Shown here: positions 30,436-42,210 of the stretch, in pieces | Layout: each line of letters begins with the position of its first letter | Position numbering within the stretch: the stretch's first letter is position 1 | Assembly (NCBI GenBank): GCA_944382715.1 | Contig: CALWNC010000001.1 | Location: 118,872-182,871 of the forward strand | Direction of reading: 5' to 3' | DNA length: 64,000 bases | DNA from: an uncultured Clostridia bacterium | Lineage (GTDB): Bacteria > Bacillota > Clostridia > Christensenellales > UBA1242 | Translations under genes and position numbers: made by a program | Notes under the pieces: model-generated | What the model saw: only the letters and a program-made list of their open reading frames with translations | Told to the model about the DNA's origin: nothing | The model's database searches: none

Positions 30436-30761
30436 TAAATTGACTCCTAAGAATCTTAAAAATTACTTTTATATTTTAACATTAATGAAAATTTAAGTCA
30501 ATAAGCATAATCTTGTTTAATAAATCCATTTATTTATAATTTTTTATGAATTCAAAATTTAATCAATCTTAATGCCATATTTATAAATAGAACCTTCTTT
30601 ATAAAATAGCTTATATTTTATTTATATCTTTTAATTATAATTAAATTTCACATAGATAATATTTCTATTTTATGCTTTGAACAAACCATTATAAAAGAAT
30701 GAAATAAAAATAATAATTAAAAAATCATATAATTGTAGATTAAACTTAATCTTTTAAACAC

Positions 30762-30788
30762 AAAAAAAGACATCATTTCTGATGTCTT
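30762..30788 (-). terminator. Intrinsic terminator after 5S rRNA
   Basis: AAGACATCA/TGATGTCTT stem with a 4-nt loop, then T7 on the minus strand. Confidence 0.8.
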
Positions 30789-30796
30789 AATTGAAA

Positions 30797-30911
<115 letters not shown>

Positions 30912-30997
30912 AATGGTATAACAACACTTTTTCAAGTGATATTATCAAATTAACAAGTCCATAATAACACAAAAATATTATTATGTCAAGTGTTTTT

Positions 30998-31020
30998 CGC
31001 ACACTGGCAACTGCATATTA
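30998..31020 (-). other. 3' half of the 23S processing stem
   Basis: Complementary to 34211-34233 (21 Watson-Crick pairs, 1 G-U, 1 mismatch over 23 nt). Lies between 23S and 5S. Confidence 0.7.
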
Positions 31021-31079
31021 TTGAATCAGTAGCACATACATATCATCGTATAAATCTCTACTATTTTCACAATAATTGT

Positions 31080-34001
<2,922 letters not shown>

Positions 34002-34210
34002 AAATTGATTTACTCTACTTGATACATACGTGCTTGTAACTTGCATTATGCAAGTTGCCTTTGCATTCTTTGTTAATTAACTCAGCGTAATTATAATAAT
34101 AATTATTTCAAAACGGTTGTTTTCAAATTTGTACTATCATTGCGTATTACACTATTATATTTGATTAACTCTGATTCTCGTTATATACTATATAATATAT
34201 AATCTTTAAA

Positions 34211-34233
34211 TAATATGCAGTTGTCAATGTGCG
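34211..34233 (-). other. 5' half of the 23S processing stem
   Basis: Reverse complement CGCACATTGACAACTGCATATTA pairs with the transcript of 30998-31020. Confidence 0.7.
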
Positions 34234-34380
34234 AAATTGAATTAAACAAAAAAATTCTGGTATACTTAGTTTATTACTATGATTAAATAAATAGTCATAA
34301 AATTAACTTCATATCCAGAGGTATAATTGTTATACATGGTTTAATTCAATTGTTGTTCACTTTTTGTTGCGAACATTTAC

Positions 34381-34409
34381 ATAGTAGCACTTTAAAAATA
34401 CTTTGTCAA
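34381..34409 (-). promoter_or_regulatory. 23S-5S proximal promoter (P2)
   Basis: Minus strand: A/T UP-like tract, TTGACA (34404-34409), 17 nt, TACTAT (34381-34386). Confidence 0.65.
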
Positions 34410-34514
34410 CAATTTTTTAAAAATTTTTTAATTTTTTTTAATAAATTTTTAAAATTAATTTTTTGCAAATAATATTTTCAAAATACCAGTTGTTTTAAGT
34501 CTATACTAAACTTG

Positions 34515-34556
34515 CGACAACTCTTATAAGTTATCACAAACAAAATATAATGTCAA
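34515..34556 (-). promoter_or_regulatory. 23S-5S distal promoter (P1) plus conserved downstream box
   Basis: TTGACA (34551-34556), 17 nt, TAACTT (34528-34533). The box CTTATAAGAGTTGTCG (34515-34530) is identical to the one upstream of 16S. Confidence 0.6.
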
Positions 34557-34663
34557 TAGATTTTTTAAAATTTTTTAAAAAAATTTATTTTTTTTATTTA
34601 GGATAATTTTTTTAGTTGAAATTATTTATAAATATCTTTATAATAGTAAATAAGGAGAAAATA

Positions 34664-35527
34664 ATGAGTACTAATCAGCATTTATATAATATAGACCTAC
34701 CATCAGATGAAGCATTGCTCTCTTCCAGTGAAAACATTATGATAGTCGAGGCAATTTTTAGTCAAGCAATAAAAAAGTACCTTGAAATCTTTAATAAAAG
34801 AGAAGTGCCACTGTCATTTTTTAAATTTTATTTTGAAGAGATCAGAAATTACAGTTATATGTTTAGAAAACAAACTAAAGAGTTTTTTGATGCATACATC
34901 AAGGCAAGCCCAGATTTTGAATCTATTGCAGAAATTTATAATAGCTCATATTTTTCTCAGTCAGAAAGTATAATTACAAAGGGAGATGAAAAATTTCTAC
35001 TGCTAAAGTCATTAAATGTAATAGACTATCTTGACGATATGTCAAACAACTCAAATAAAAGTACAGAGTCGGCAATTCAAAATATAAAAAAGATAACCGA
35101 GCACATTAATGATTCCGATGAACTTATTTCCTTTGGGAAAAAGTATGAAAATTTTATGATTTCTGAGATTGTACGACAAAATGAATTTAATGGCTCATAT
35201 AATGGAAAATCAATATTAGTTTTAAATGTTTACGACAACTCTGAGTCACCACACATTGTTTCTGCTACAAAGCGAGCTGAAAGACTTACAAGTGAAAGAA
35301 TAAACATTTCAACCAAAGCGGGAAAAGTTACAAAAATTGTTATACCTAAGCTTAAATTGCCATCAAGTTATCCAAAGGCAGTTTCAAGCAGATACGATTC
35401 AAGATATAAAGCAAGAAACCTTGTTAGTGCTTCAAGACAAATCTTGATACTTAGTGACTTAAAAATAAACGGAGTCGCTTACTCAACAAACTTTATTGAG
35501 AAAAGAAAAGCGGCAAATGAATATTAA
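34664..35527 (+). CDS. Hypothetical 287-aa protein
   Basis: AAGGAGA SD before the ATG at 34664 (MSTNQHLY...). No recognisable motif. Confidence 0.7.
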   Translation: MSTNQHLYNIDLPSDEALLSSSENIMIVEAIFSQAIKKYLEIFNKREVPLSFFKFYFEEIRNYSYMFRKQTKEFFDAYIKASPDFESIAEIYNSSYFSQSESIITKGDEKFLLLKSLNVIDYLDDMSNNSNKSTESAIQNIKKITEHINDSDELISFGKKYENFMISEIVRQNEFNGSYNGKSILVLNVYDNSESPHIVSATKRAERLTSERINISTKAGKVTKIVIPKLKLPSSYPKAVSSRYDSRYKARNLVSASRQILILSDLKINGVAYSTNFIEKRKAANEY

Positions 35528-35550
35528 AATATTAAAAGGAGGGAAAGATA

Positions 35551-35754
35551 ATGAAAGCATCAAAGATTATTGGTATTGTACTTCTTGTTATTGTATGTAT
35601 ATTCATGTTACTTTGCACAATCTACTTCCTATTTGCAAATGCTGGATATGGCATTGAAGTATTTACTGAACTTTTCAGCGATGGATTCTTTGCCGGCATT
35701 AAAAACTTTTTTGTCGACATTTGGAATGGTTTTAAATATGTTTTTAAGGCGTAA
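35551..35754 (+). CDS. Small membrane protein (67 aa, one clear TM helix)
   Basis: Strong SD AAAGGAGGGA. Hydrophobic IIGIVLLVIVCIFMLLCTIYFLF. Confidence 0.65.
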   Translation: MKASKIIGIVLLVIVCIFMLLCTIYFLFANAGYGIEVFTELFSDGFFAGIKNFFVDIWNGFKYVFKA

Positions 35755-35788
35755 AAAAATGAGAACTTTAAGGTTCTCATTTTTTTAT
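35753..35788 (+). terminator. Intrinsic terminator
   Basis: TGAGAAC/GTTCTCA stem followed by T7. Confidence 0.7.
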
Positions 35789-35889
35789 TTCATTTAATTA
35801 TTAGAATCAATTATCAATAAATTGCTAAAATTGCAAATGCTAAGCACGATTTATTTTTAATAAATATTCATATAAGTTTAATATTTTAA

Positions 35890-36384
35890 TCAATCAATAC
35901 TTATTGTCTTAAATTTTTCTCTCAATTTACTTACAAGTATAGAAATTTCTTTTAAATTGTCATTTGTTTTTAAACGTGTCTTTGCAAATTCAAAAATTTC
36001 TGCAAAATGCTTAACAGGGCTAATGTACTTTTCAATCTCCCACAAATGTTTTGGGCTAATCCAAATATGGAAGTGAGAGGACTGTTTTTCAGATACAACA
36101 ACATCAAACTCCTTGCAAACTCCAAGCTCTTTTAAAAATGTTGTAGTAAGTTTTACAAATTTAAATAGCTCAGCTATTTCATACTGTGAAAGTTCACTAA
36201 AATAATTTACATGTCGTTTAGGACAAATTATCATAAAGCCCACAATTGGCAATTCCCAATCTTGAGAAACTGTTAGTAAATCATTTTCATAAACCATTCC
36301 ACAGGGCAAAGTAAATTTATGTTCACCATACGCACAACTATAGCAACCTTCAACTATTATTTCCCTTCCAGAGTAATCTATCAT
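35890..36384 (-). CDS. HIT-like (histidine triad superfamily) protein
   Basis: C.SC N-terminus, ..ICPKRH.. and an HFHIWISP triad-like motif in which the third His is replaced. Confidence 0.5.
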   Translation of the reverse strand: MIDYSGREIIVEGCYSCAYGEHKFTLPCGMVYENDLLTVSQDWELPIVGFMIICPKRHVNYFSELSQYEIAELFKFVKLTTTFLKELGVCKEFDVVVSEKQSSHFHIWISPKHLWEIEKYISPVKHFAEIFEFAKTRLKTNDNLKEISILVSKLREKFKTISID

Positions 36385-36445
36385 ACGCTCTCCTATATTA
36401 TATATTAATATATTATATAAACAATATAATCATTATATATAAGTC

Positions 36446-37093
36446 CTATAAAAGACTGAAGGTATCAATTGGTTTTAAATAGTTAAACCAAAGCTTTTCA
36501 GTAAAACCCAAATCTTCAAATTGCTTCATATGAAAAAGATAAAACACATCGTCAAGTTCATAAACTTTTAAATCATAAAATTTTTTAAGCTTTTCATTTT
36601 GTAACATTTCTTCAGTTGCATTACTTAAAGAAGTTTGACCTGCGTCAACATATTTTTTAAATTCAAGTACACTCTCAAGTTTGTCACAAGCCTTGGCAAA
36701 GTGAGCCTCTAAAGTTTTTCCATCATTAAATTCAGAAATTAAGCTCAAGTACTTTTCTTTCTCACTTAAAATGTCCAAAACCTTAATCACTGCATCTTCT
36801 CCAAGTTCTCGTCTTTTTCTAGGAGTTATACTATCAAGTGGTGTAAAATCTCCAATTAGTATCTCTTCAAACTCGTGAACTGCAAGCATCATAAAGGTTT
36901 TTTCAAAATCCAACTTTGGCTTAAGCTCTGAGTATAAACCAATTAAAAGCATTAAACAACCAAAAGTATGTGATGCGTCCGTTTCCTTTATTTCCCTTTT
37001 TACTTTCCATACCAAAGGTCCTGAACGCGTTAAATCTTTTAACTTAGAAGTGATATAATAAAACTTAATTGCATTGACAAAATCTTTTTCCAT
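36446..37093 (-). CDS. HD-domain phosphohydrolase (YfbR-like 5'-nucleotidase type)
   Basis: DASHTFG...AVHEFEEILIGDFTP shows the H...HD/E...D pattern. Confidence 0.55.
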   Translation of the reverse strand: MEKDFVNAIKFYYITSKLKDLTRSGPLVWKVKREIKETDASHTFGCLMLLIGLYSELKPKLDFEKTFMMLAVHEFEEILIGDFTPLDSITPRKRRELGEDAVIKVLDILSEKEKYLSLISEFNDGKTLEAHFAKACDKLESVLEFKKYVDAGQTSLSNATEEMLQNEKLKKFYDLKVYELDDVFYLFHMKQFEDLGFTEKLWFNYLKPIDTFSLL

Positions 37094-37233
37094 AAAATAA
37101 TTTCACTTTTTTATTTTTATTTCAAAATATTAATAATTTCTTCTTAAAGAATATCATAAATTATTGAATTATAAAACTAAATAAAATGAATTTTTATTTA
37201 CTTGTACATTTTTATGCCAAGCTAAAAGAAAGC

Positions 37234-37902
37234 TTATATGAAGTTAATATTTATATCTCCATTATTGCAATTGGCGATGAGTGATTTTGTTCCACCCTCT
37301 TTGTTTGTCGGCAAATTACACTCTCCCTTTTTTATGGTGCAAGAAATAGAATAGTCGTCCCAGCTACCAACTACACTTCCTGTTATATTTCCGTTTTTTG
37401 CAGTAAGATTAATTTGCTTGCCGACGCTGACGCTTCCAAATTCTACATTACCACCATTTGAATTTAAAATAATACTTTCTACAACTGAAATGTTATTTAG
37501 TTTTATTGTTTCATTTGTCGTTGTAATCTCAATACTATTTAATAGATTACTTGGAACTAAAATAACTATCTTTCGATAGTTCTCGCTTGGTTTTGCACGA
37601 AAATAATCTATCCAATCTTTATTATAAATAAGTTTAAAAATAAGCTCATTATTTTCATTGACCATTAAATTACATTGTTCTTTCTCACTCTCGTAGTAAT
37701 CTATGTGGATTTGGTCATCCGCAGACTCACTAACCACAACTTCTCTATCTTCTACATCTACTTTAATGGAACTTATTTCTTTTCCACTTGAAGAATAACT
37801 TTTTTGAACAAAATTATCATTTGATGAACTTCTAGCGACTATTAATATAATACCTAAACTCACTATTACTACTACAAATAATGCAATAAAAAATTTTTTC
37901 AT
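37234..37902 (-). CDS. Membrane-anchored beta-strand repeat protein (DUF4097-like putative adhesin)
   Basis: N-terminal TM helix followed by repetitive ..I.L....G.I.. beta-repeat pattern. Assignment made by eye only. Confidence 0.45.
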   Translation of the reverse strand: MKKFFIALFVVVIVSLGIILIVARSSSNDNFVQKSYSSSGKEISSIKVDVEDREVVVSESADDQIHIDYYESEKEQCNLMVNENNELIFKLIYNKDWIDYFRAKPSENYRKIVILVPSNLLNSIEITTTNETIKLNNISVVESIILNSNGGNVEFGSVSVGKQINLTAKNGNITGSVVGSWDDYSISCTIKKGECNLPTNKEGGTKSLIANCNNGDININFI

Positions 37903-37968
37903 ACCTTTATTTCTCCTTTAATTTCTACAATTGACAAGATTACTTTATCAATGCTAAAATAAATATAA

Positions 37969-37989
37969 ACCTTTGTGTAACACAAAGGT
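37969..37989. promoter_or_regulatory. Perfect 21-bp palindrome ACCTTTGTGT-A-ACACAAAGGT (candidate operator)
   Basis: 10-bp arms in the divergent spacer between the DUF4097-like gene and the MerR gene. Sits just downstream of a TTGACA(37931)-18-TAAAAT promoter. Confidence 0.55.
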
Positions 37990-38008
37990 CAAGAGGTTAA
38001 ACAAAATT

Positions 38009-38788
38009 ATGGAAAAATTATTTTCAATAAGCAAAACTGCGAAAATGGTAAATATGACAACAGAAACTCTTCGACACTATGACAGAATTGGTTTGTGCCA
38101 CCCACACAAAGTAGATGAATGGACAGGCTATCGCTATTATTCAGAGCAAGAAATTGTGCGATTAAGTACAATATCTGCACTAAAAAATATGGACTTATCG
38201 TTAGAAGAAATACAGAAGATATTGGATTTTAACGATTTTAATAAAATAATTGATTTTTTAAATAAGGCAGAAATAAGTGCAAATGAAAAAATTTCAAATC
38301 TAGAAGAAATAAAAAAACGAATACATCGAGCTAAGTTATTTTATGAAACAAAATCTGCAAACAAGGAAGATACAAATGACACTATTATACAAGAATTTCC
38401 TAAGCGTGTTATTATGCTTGCCCCACAGCTAACAACCCCGACCATTAGTAATTTGTGGAATTATCATCGACATTTTTACACTCAAATAGATGAAGCAAAT
38501 AAGAATGAATTTGCCTTTGAAGATTTGGCAGGAATAATAGAAAAAAAAGACAAAATTAGTATGTTTACAATTTGTACAAAATATAAAAAACACTCAAATT
38601 TACTTACCTTGCCGGCTGGAAAATATTTATGTTCTAATTGCACACAAGAAAGTCGCAAACAAACTTTGGATAAATTACTCTACATTGCTAAAAACCAATA
38701 CAATAAATCTCCAGATTTTACAATTTCAATTGTTGTTTTAACTGGGATTTTACAGTGGGACTATCAAGTACAAGTATTAATATCATAG
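38009..38788 (+). CDS. MerR family transcriptional regulator with effector-binding (GyrI-like) C-terminal domain
   Basis: FSISKTAKMVNMTTETLRHYDRIGL is the MerR HTH. Start taken at the ATG at 38009. Confidence 0.8.
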   Translation: MEKLFSISKTAKMVNMTTETLRHYDRIGLCHPHKVDEWTGYRYYSEQEIVRLSTISALKNMDLSLEEIQKILDFNDFNKIIDFLNKAEISANEKISNLEEIKKRIHRAKLFYETKSANKEDTNDTIIQEFPKRVIMLAPQLTTPTISNLWNYHRHFYTQIDEANKNEFAFEDLAGIIEKKDKISMFTICTKYKKHSNLLTLPAGKYLCSNCTQESRKQTLDKLLYIAKNQYNKSPDFTISIVVLTGILQWDYQVQVLIS

Positions 38789-38946
38789 CAATGTAAAAAT
38801 AAGCCATAAAAGATAAAAAATAATTTCTTATATAAACATTTTCTTAAAGTTTAAGCTGTTAAAAAATAGATAAACTTATAATTAGAAAGATGGTAAATTT
38901 TATCAAAATTATTTTTAAGCCTTTGTAATCTATTATTTTTTTGAAT

Positions 38947-38979
38947 AAAAAAAAACTTATTGACACATATCAATAAGTT
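38947..38979 (-). terminator. Intrinsic terminator after tRNA-Ala
   Basis: AACTTATTGA/TCAATAAGTT stem followed by T9 on the minus strand. Confidence 0.8.
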
Positions 38980-38991
38980 CATAAACAATTC

Positions 38992-39068
38992 TGGTGGAGA
39001 TAATCGGATTCGAACCGATGACCCCTTGCTTGCAAGGCAAGTGCTCTAGCCAACTGAGCTATACCCCC
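38992..39068 (-). tRNA. tRNA-Ala (anticodon UGC), CCA encoded
   Basis: GGGGGTATAGCTCAGTTGGCTAGAGCACTTGCCTTGCAAGCAAGGGGTCATCGGTTCGAATCCGATTATCTCCACCA folds as a cloverleaf with the G3:U70 Ala identity pair. Confidence 0.93.
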
Positions 39069-39073
39069 AAAAT

Positions 39074-39150
39074 TGGTAGGACTGAGTGGACTCGGACCAC
39101 CGACCCCCACCTTATCAGGGTGGTGCTCTAACCAACTGAGCTACAGTCCT
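39074..39150 (-). tRNA. tRNA-Ile (anticodon GAU), CCA encoded; T-loop reads TCCGAGT
   Basis: AGGACTGTAGCTCAGTTGGTTAGAGCACCACCCTGATAAGGTGGGGGTCGGTGGTCCGAGTCCACTCAGTCCTACCA is near-identical in architecture to Firmicutes tRNA-Ile(GAU). Confidence 0.9.
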
Positions 39151-39243
39151 ATATGATATATAGATTAGATTTTTTCAAATCCTAACTTGCATTGTACTAA
39201 AAACACAATATTTAAGTTGTCACTTACAACACAATGCTCCTAT

Positions 39244-39272
39244 ATAATAACAAAACAGTCAATAATTGTCAA
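39244..39272 (-). promoter_or_regulatory. Promoter of the tRNA-Ile/tRNA-Ala unit
   Basis: Minus strand: AAAAAAATTG-TTGACA (39267-39272), 17 nt, TATTAT (39244-39249). Confidence 0.65.
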
Positions 39273-39427
39273 CAATTTTTTTAAAAAAATAATAAAAAAA
39301 TTACAAACAAAAAAATAAGCCCTATTAAAAAAAGTAAAATGCATTATAATAACAAAAAATAGATATTTATAATCAAGTTAAAAAATTATTAGTATAAAAA
39401 AAGGAGACAATTGCTCCTTTTTTTAAA

Positions 39428-39943
39428 TTAGTTTTTTGATGAGAATGTGTTTAAAAGCATTAATGCTCCACCTACAATTGAGGTAATACCTGCAACAATT
39501 GCACCAGTTGTAATATTAACATTGATTTCAGCACCAGTAAGTGAACCAACAATGCTTGTTCCTGTATTGTTAAATAAATCGCCTAAAACAGTGAATGAAC
39601 CTTCACAGAAGAATAAAATTCCACTAACAACGAAAAGTCCACAAGCAATAAACTTAACAAGTCTGCTTCTAGATACACCAACTAATGAAAGAACTGCAAT
39701 AACTACAGCCACAATCACTAAGATGTAAGGAAGCAAATTCATAAAGGAAAAAGCAAGTTCAGAAATACTTGAATTTTCTGCTGTGTAACCAAATGTTGCT
39801 TGCAATCCAGTGTATGGATAATTTGTGCTTGTATAGCCAACTACATTTACAGATGTAACAAAGCACATACAAATAGCAACAACACCACAAACAACTGCAA
39901 GAAGTGCAAGTATTGGAGCTACGCTTGATTTTTTCTTTGCCAT
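39428..39943 (-). CDS. Hypothetical polytopic membrane protein (171 aa)
   Basis: GGAGG SD before the ATG at 39943 (MAKKKSSVAPILALLAVV...). Four or five hydrophobic segments. Confidence 0.65.
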   Translation of the reverse strand: MAKKKSSVAPILALLAVVCGVVAICMCFVTSVNVVGYTSTNYPYTGLQATFGYTAENSSISELAFSFMNLLPYILVIVAVVIAVLSLVGVSRSRLVKFIACGLFVVSGILFFCEGSFTVLGDLFNNTGTSIVGSLTGAEINVNITTGAIVAGITSIVGGALMLLNTFSSKN

Positions 39944-40068
39944 AATAGTTTCCTCCACAACTAATATATCATAATTAAAGCTAAAATGTAAATATGATTT
40001 TTTAAATATAAAAATTCTAGATATTTTTAACAAAAATTTTGTATTTCTGTCAAATAATTTTACAATCG

Positions 40069-40731
40069 TTAAACTTCAAAATCCAAAATTCCAGTCTTTT
40101 TTTGTTTTAGCATTTTTTTTACTGCAAGTTCCACGCCACACACAAATGAATTTCTTGAAAAACTACTGTGAGAAATAGAGAGATATTCATCACCGAAATA
40201 GATATCAATTTGATGCACGCCTATTTCTTTTCCACCACGCACACTTAAAACATTTACCTTTGCACCTATGCATCTTTCTATTTCGTGTTTGAGAGCAATT
40301 GCAGTTCCACTTGGGGCATCTTTTTTTTCTCTGTGATGTTTTTCAATTATTGTAATGTCAAGCACTTCGTCAGATAAAAATGTACTTAAAGATTTTATAA
40401 ATTGCTTCACTACAAATATGCCTACCGAAAAATTACTTGCAAGCATTATTGGAATTTTTTGACTTGACTTTACAATTTCCGCATATTCGCTGGCACTTTG
40501 CCCCGTTGCGCCAATAATAAGTGGAATTTTTTTACTTGCACAGTAATTAGCAGATATTACACTTTGGGATGCACAAGAAAAGTCTATTACGAGATTAATC
40601 TTATCAAAGTCTTCAAGTGAATTTTCTTCTGTTATTTTAATTATTTCATATTCAGGTTCTAGGCGTTCACAAATTAGACTACCCATTCTTCCATTTGCAC
40701 CAACAACTGCTATTTTTTTTAATTCACCCAT
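40069..40731 (-). CDS. dapB: 4-hydroxy-tetrahydrodipicolinate reductase
   Basis: N-terminal GANGRMG Rossmann motif and the EKHHREKKDAPSGTA signature. Start taken at MGELKK. Confidence 0.85.
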   Translation of the reverse strand: MGELKKIAVVGANGRMGSLICERLEPEYEIIKITEENSLEDFDKINLVIDFSCASQSVISANYCASKKIPLIIGATGQSASEYAEIVKSSQKIPIMLASNFSVGIFVVKQFIKSLSTFLSDEVLDITIIEKHHREKKDAPSGTAIALKHEIERCIGAKVNVLSVRGGKEIGVHQIDIYFGDEYLSISHSSFSRNSFVCGVELAVKKMLKQKKTGILDFEV

Positions 40732-40906
40732 AGTAAATAGTATTCTAATGAAATCGCAAATATTACAAATTTTAATTAAATTAATAAACGGATAAATAAT
40801 TTCACATCTTGACATTAATTTTAATTAAGATTATAATAAGTACAATTTAAAATCAGCACTTATAATTAATGATAAAATTTTGTGTAATAATGGAGAAAGG
40901 CTATTT

Positions 40907-42178
40907 ATGTTCGAATTTTTATACTCAAGTATAGTTAATCAAAGCGCCCAAGCAATTCATGATAATATGATTTTTTTATCAGCAAAGATAAATAAAGAAA
41001 TTGAGCAATGCAAAAAAAATAACGAAAACGATTTAACAGAAACATTTCAAAAGATTTATAATTATATTTCGTCTTCAGTAAATGTAGCAATAAATATGTA
41101 TGATTTTAATAGTGAAGAATTTGATGAACAACAATTGCTAAATTTAATCAATAACTGTAAGCAATTAAATTTACCACTAAATCTTTATGCAGTTGGTGGA
41201 ACAAATTTTAATAATAATAGCGAAAGTTCGGAAATGCTTTTTTCAAAAGAAACTTTAGATAAACTCTCTACAATAAATGAAATTTTAATAAAAAATAATC
41301 TCAGTCCCCTAAAATTTATGGAGGATAACCATTCACCAGAATCGGCATGGACAATTGAGCAGGTAAAGAAAGCAAATAATGATATTGACTCAGTGGTTAA
41401 ATTTATAAAGGAATCTAATTTTTCACCATTTGAGGCAATGGCATTTATTCATAAAGTTGTTACGAGTACATTTAAATTTCAAGATGACCCAGACAGATCA
41501 ATAATGGCAAGGAGTATTGTTGGATTAACAAATAGCGACAAGATTGTTTGCGTGGGATACTCAAAATTTGTAAAGGCAGTTATAAATAAACTCAATTCTA
41601 GCGACTTGGTTTGTGAAACTCTTGTCTCAACATTACGCACAAATAAAGTTAATGATGAAGTTTTTAATGAACTAGGCCTAGTTACATATAGCACAGGGCA
41701 CATGCAAAACCTAATAAAAATTAAAGATAAAAAATATAAAATCAAGGGTGTATACATCTCAGATGCTTGCTATGATGCAAAAACAGATAATTTTCCATCT
41801 GGCAAAGGCTACGGCAATTTTATGTTTCCAGTTAGTGATCTGCTTAATTATAATGACATTAGTTTTTATCAGCCTAAAGACACATTAGATACACTTCTTA
41901 GTCTGTGCAGTATTGATTCCACACAAATTGATGAGAAGCAAATACCAGTTATAAAAGAAAATATAAGAAATTCTAAACCTATTCCATTATCTAAACTTCA
42001 AAGTTGTATTAAAGCAGTTTACTCAGTGCTATTCCCTACTTCAAGCGAACAAGAAATTGATAGATTAGTAAACAAAACCTTAAACGTTTCTAAAATGGTT
42101 TCAAAACAAATATTTAATCACAACGCCAAAAATGCAATCGCTATTGAAGCTCATAGCGACACTCTTCAATTAGACTAA
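40907..42178 (+). CDS. Hypothetical protein, paralog of 58263-59876; putative transglutaminase-like Cys-His-Asp core
   Basis: Shared blocks SPFE..., KIVCVGYSKF, GHMQNLIKIKDKKYKIKGVYISDACYD. GGAGAAAGG SD present. Confidence 0.6.
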   Translation: MFEFLYSSIVNQSAQAIHDNMIFLSAKINKEIEQCKKNNENDLTETFQKIYNYISSSVNVAINMYDFNSEEFDEQQLLNLINNCKQLNLPLNLYAVGGTNFNNNSESSEMLFSKETLDKLSTINEILIKNNLSPLKFMEDNHSPESAWTIEQVKKANNDIDSVVKFIKESNFSPFEAMAFIHKVVTSTFKFQDDPDRSIMARSIVGLTNSDKIVCVGYSKFVKAVINKLNSSDLVCETLVSTLRTNKVNDEVFNELGLVTYSTGHMQNLIKIKDKKYKIKGVYISDACYDAKTDNFPSGKGYGNFMFPVSDLLNYNDISFYQPKDTLDTLLSLCSIDSTQIDEKQIPVIKENIRNSKPIPLSKLQSCIKAVYSVLFPTSSEQEIDRLVNKTLNVSKMVSKQIFNHNAKNAIAIEAHSDTLQLD

Positions 42179-42210
42179 AAAAAACCAGTTATTAATAACT
42201 GGTTTTTTTT
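42177..42210. terminator. Bidirectional terminator between convergent genes
   Basis: Perfect palindrome AACCAGTTATTAATAACTGGTT flanked by A8 and T8. Confidence 0.8.
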
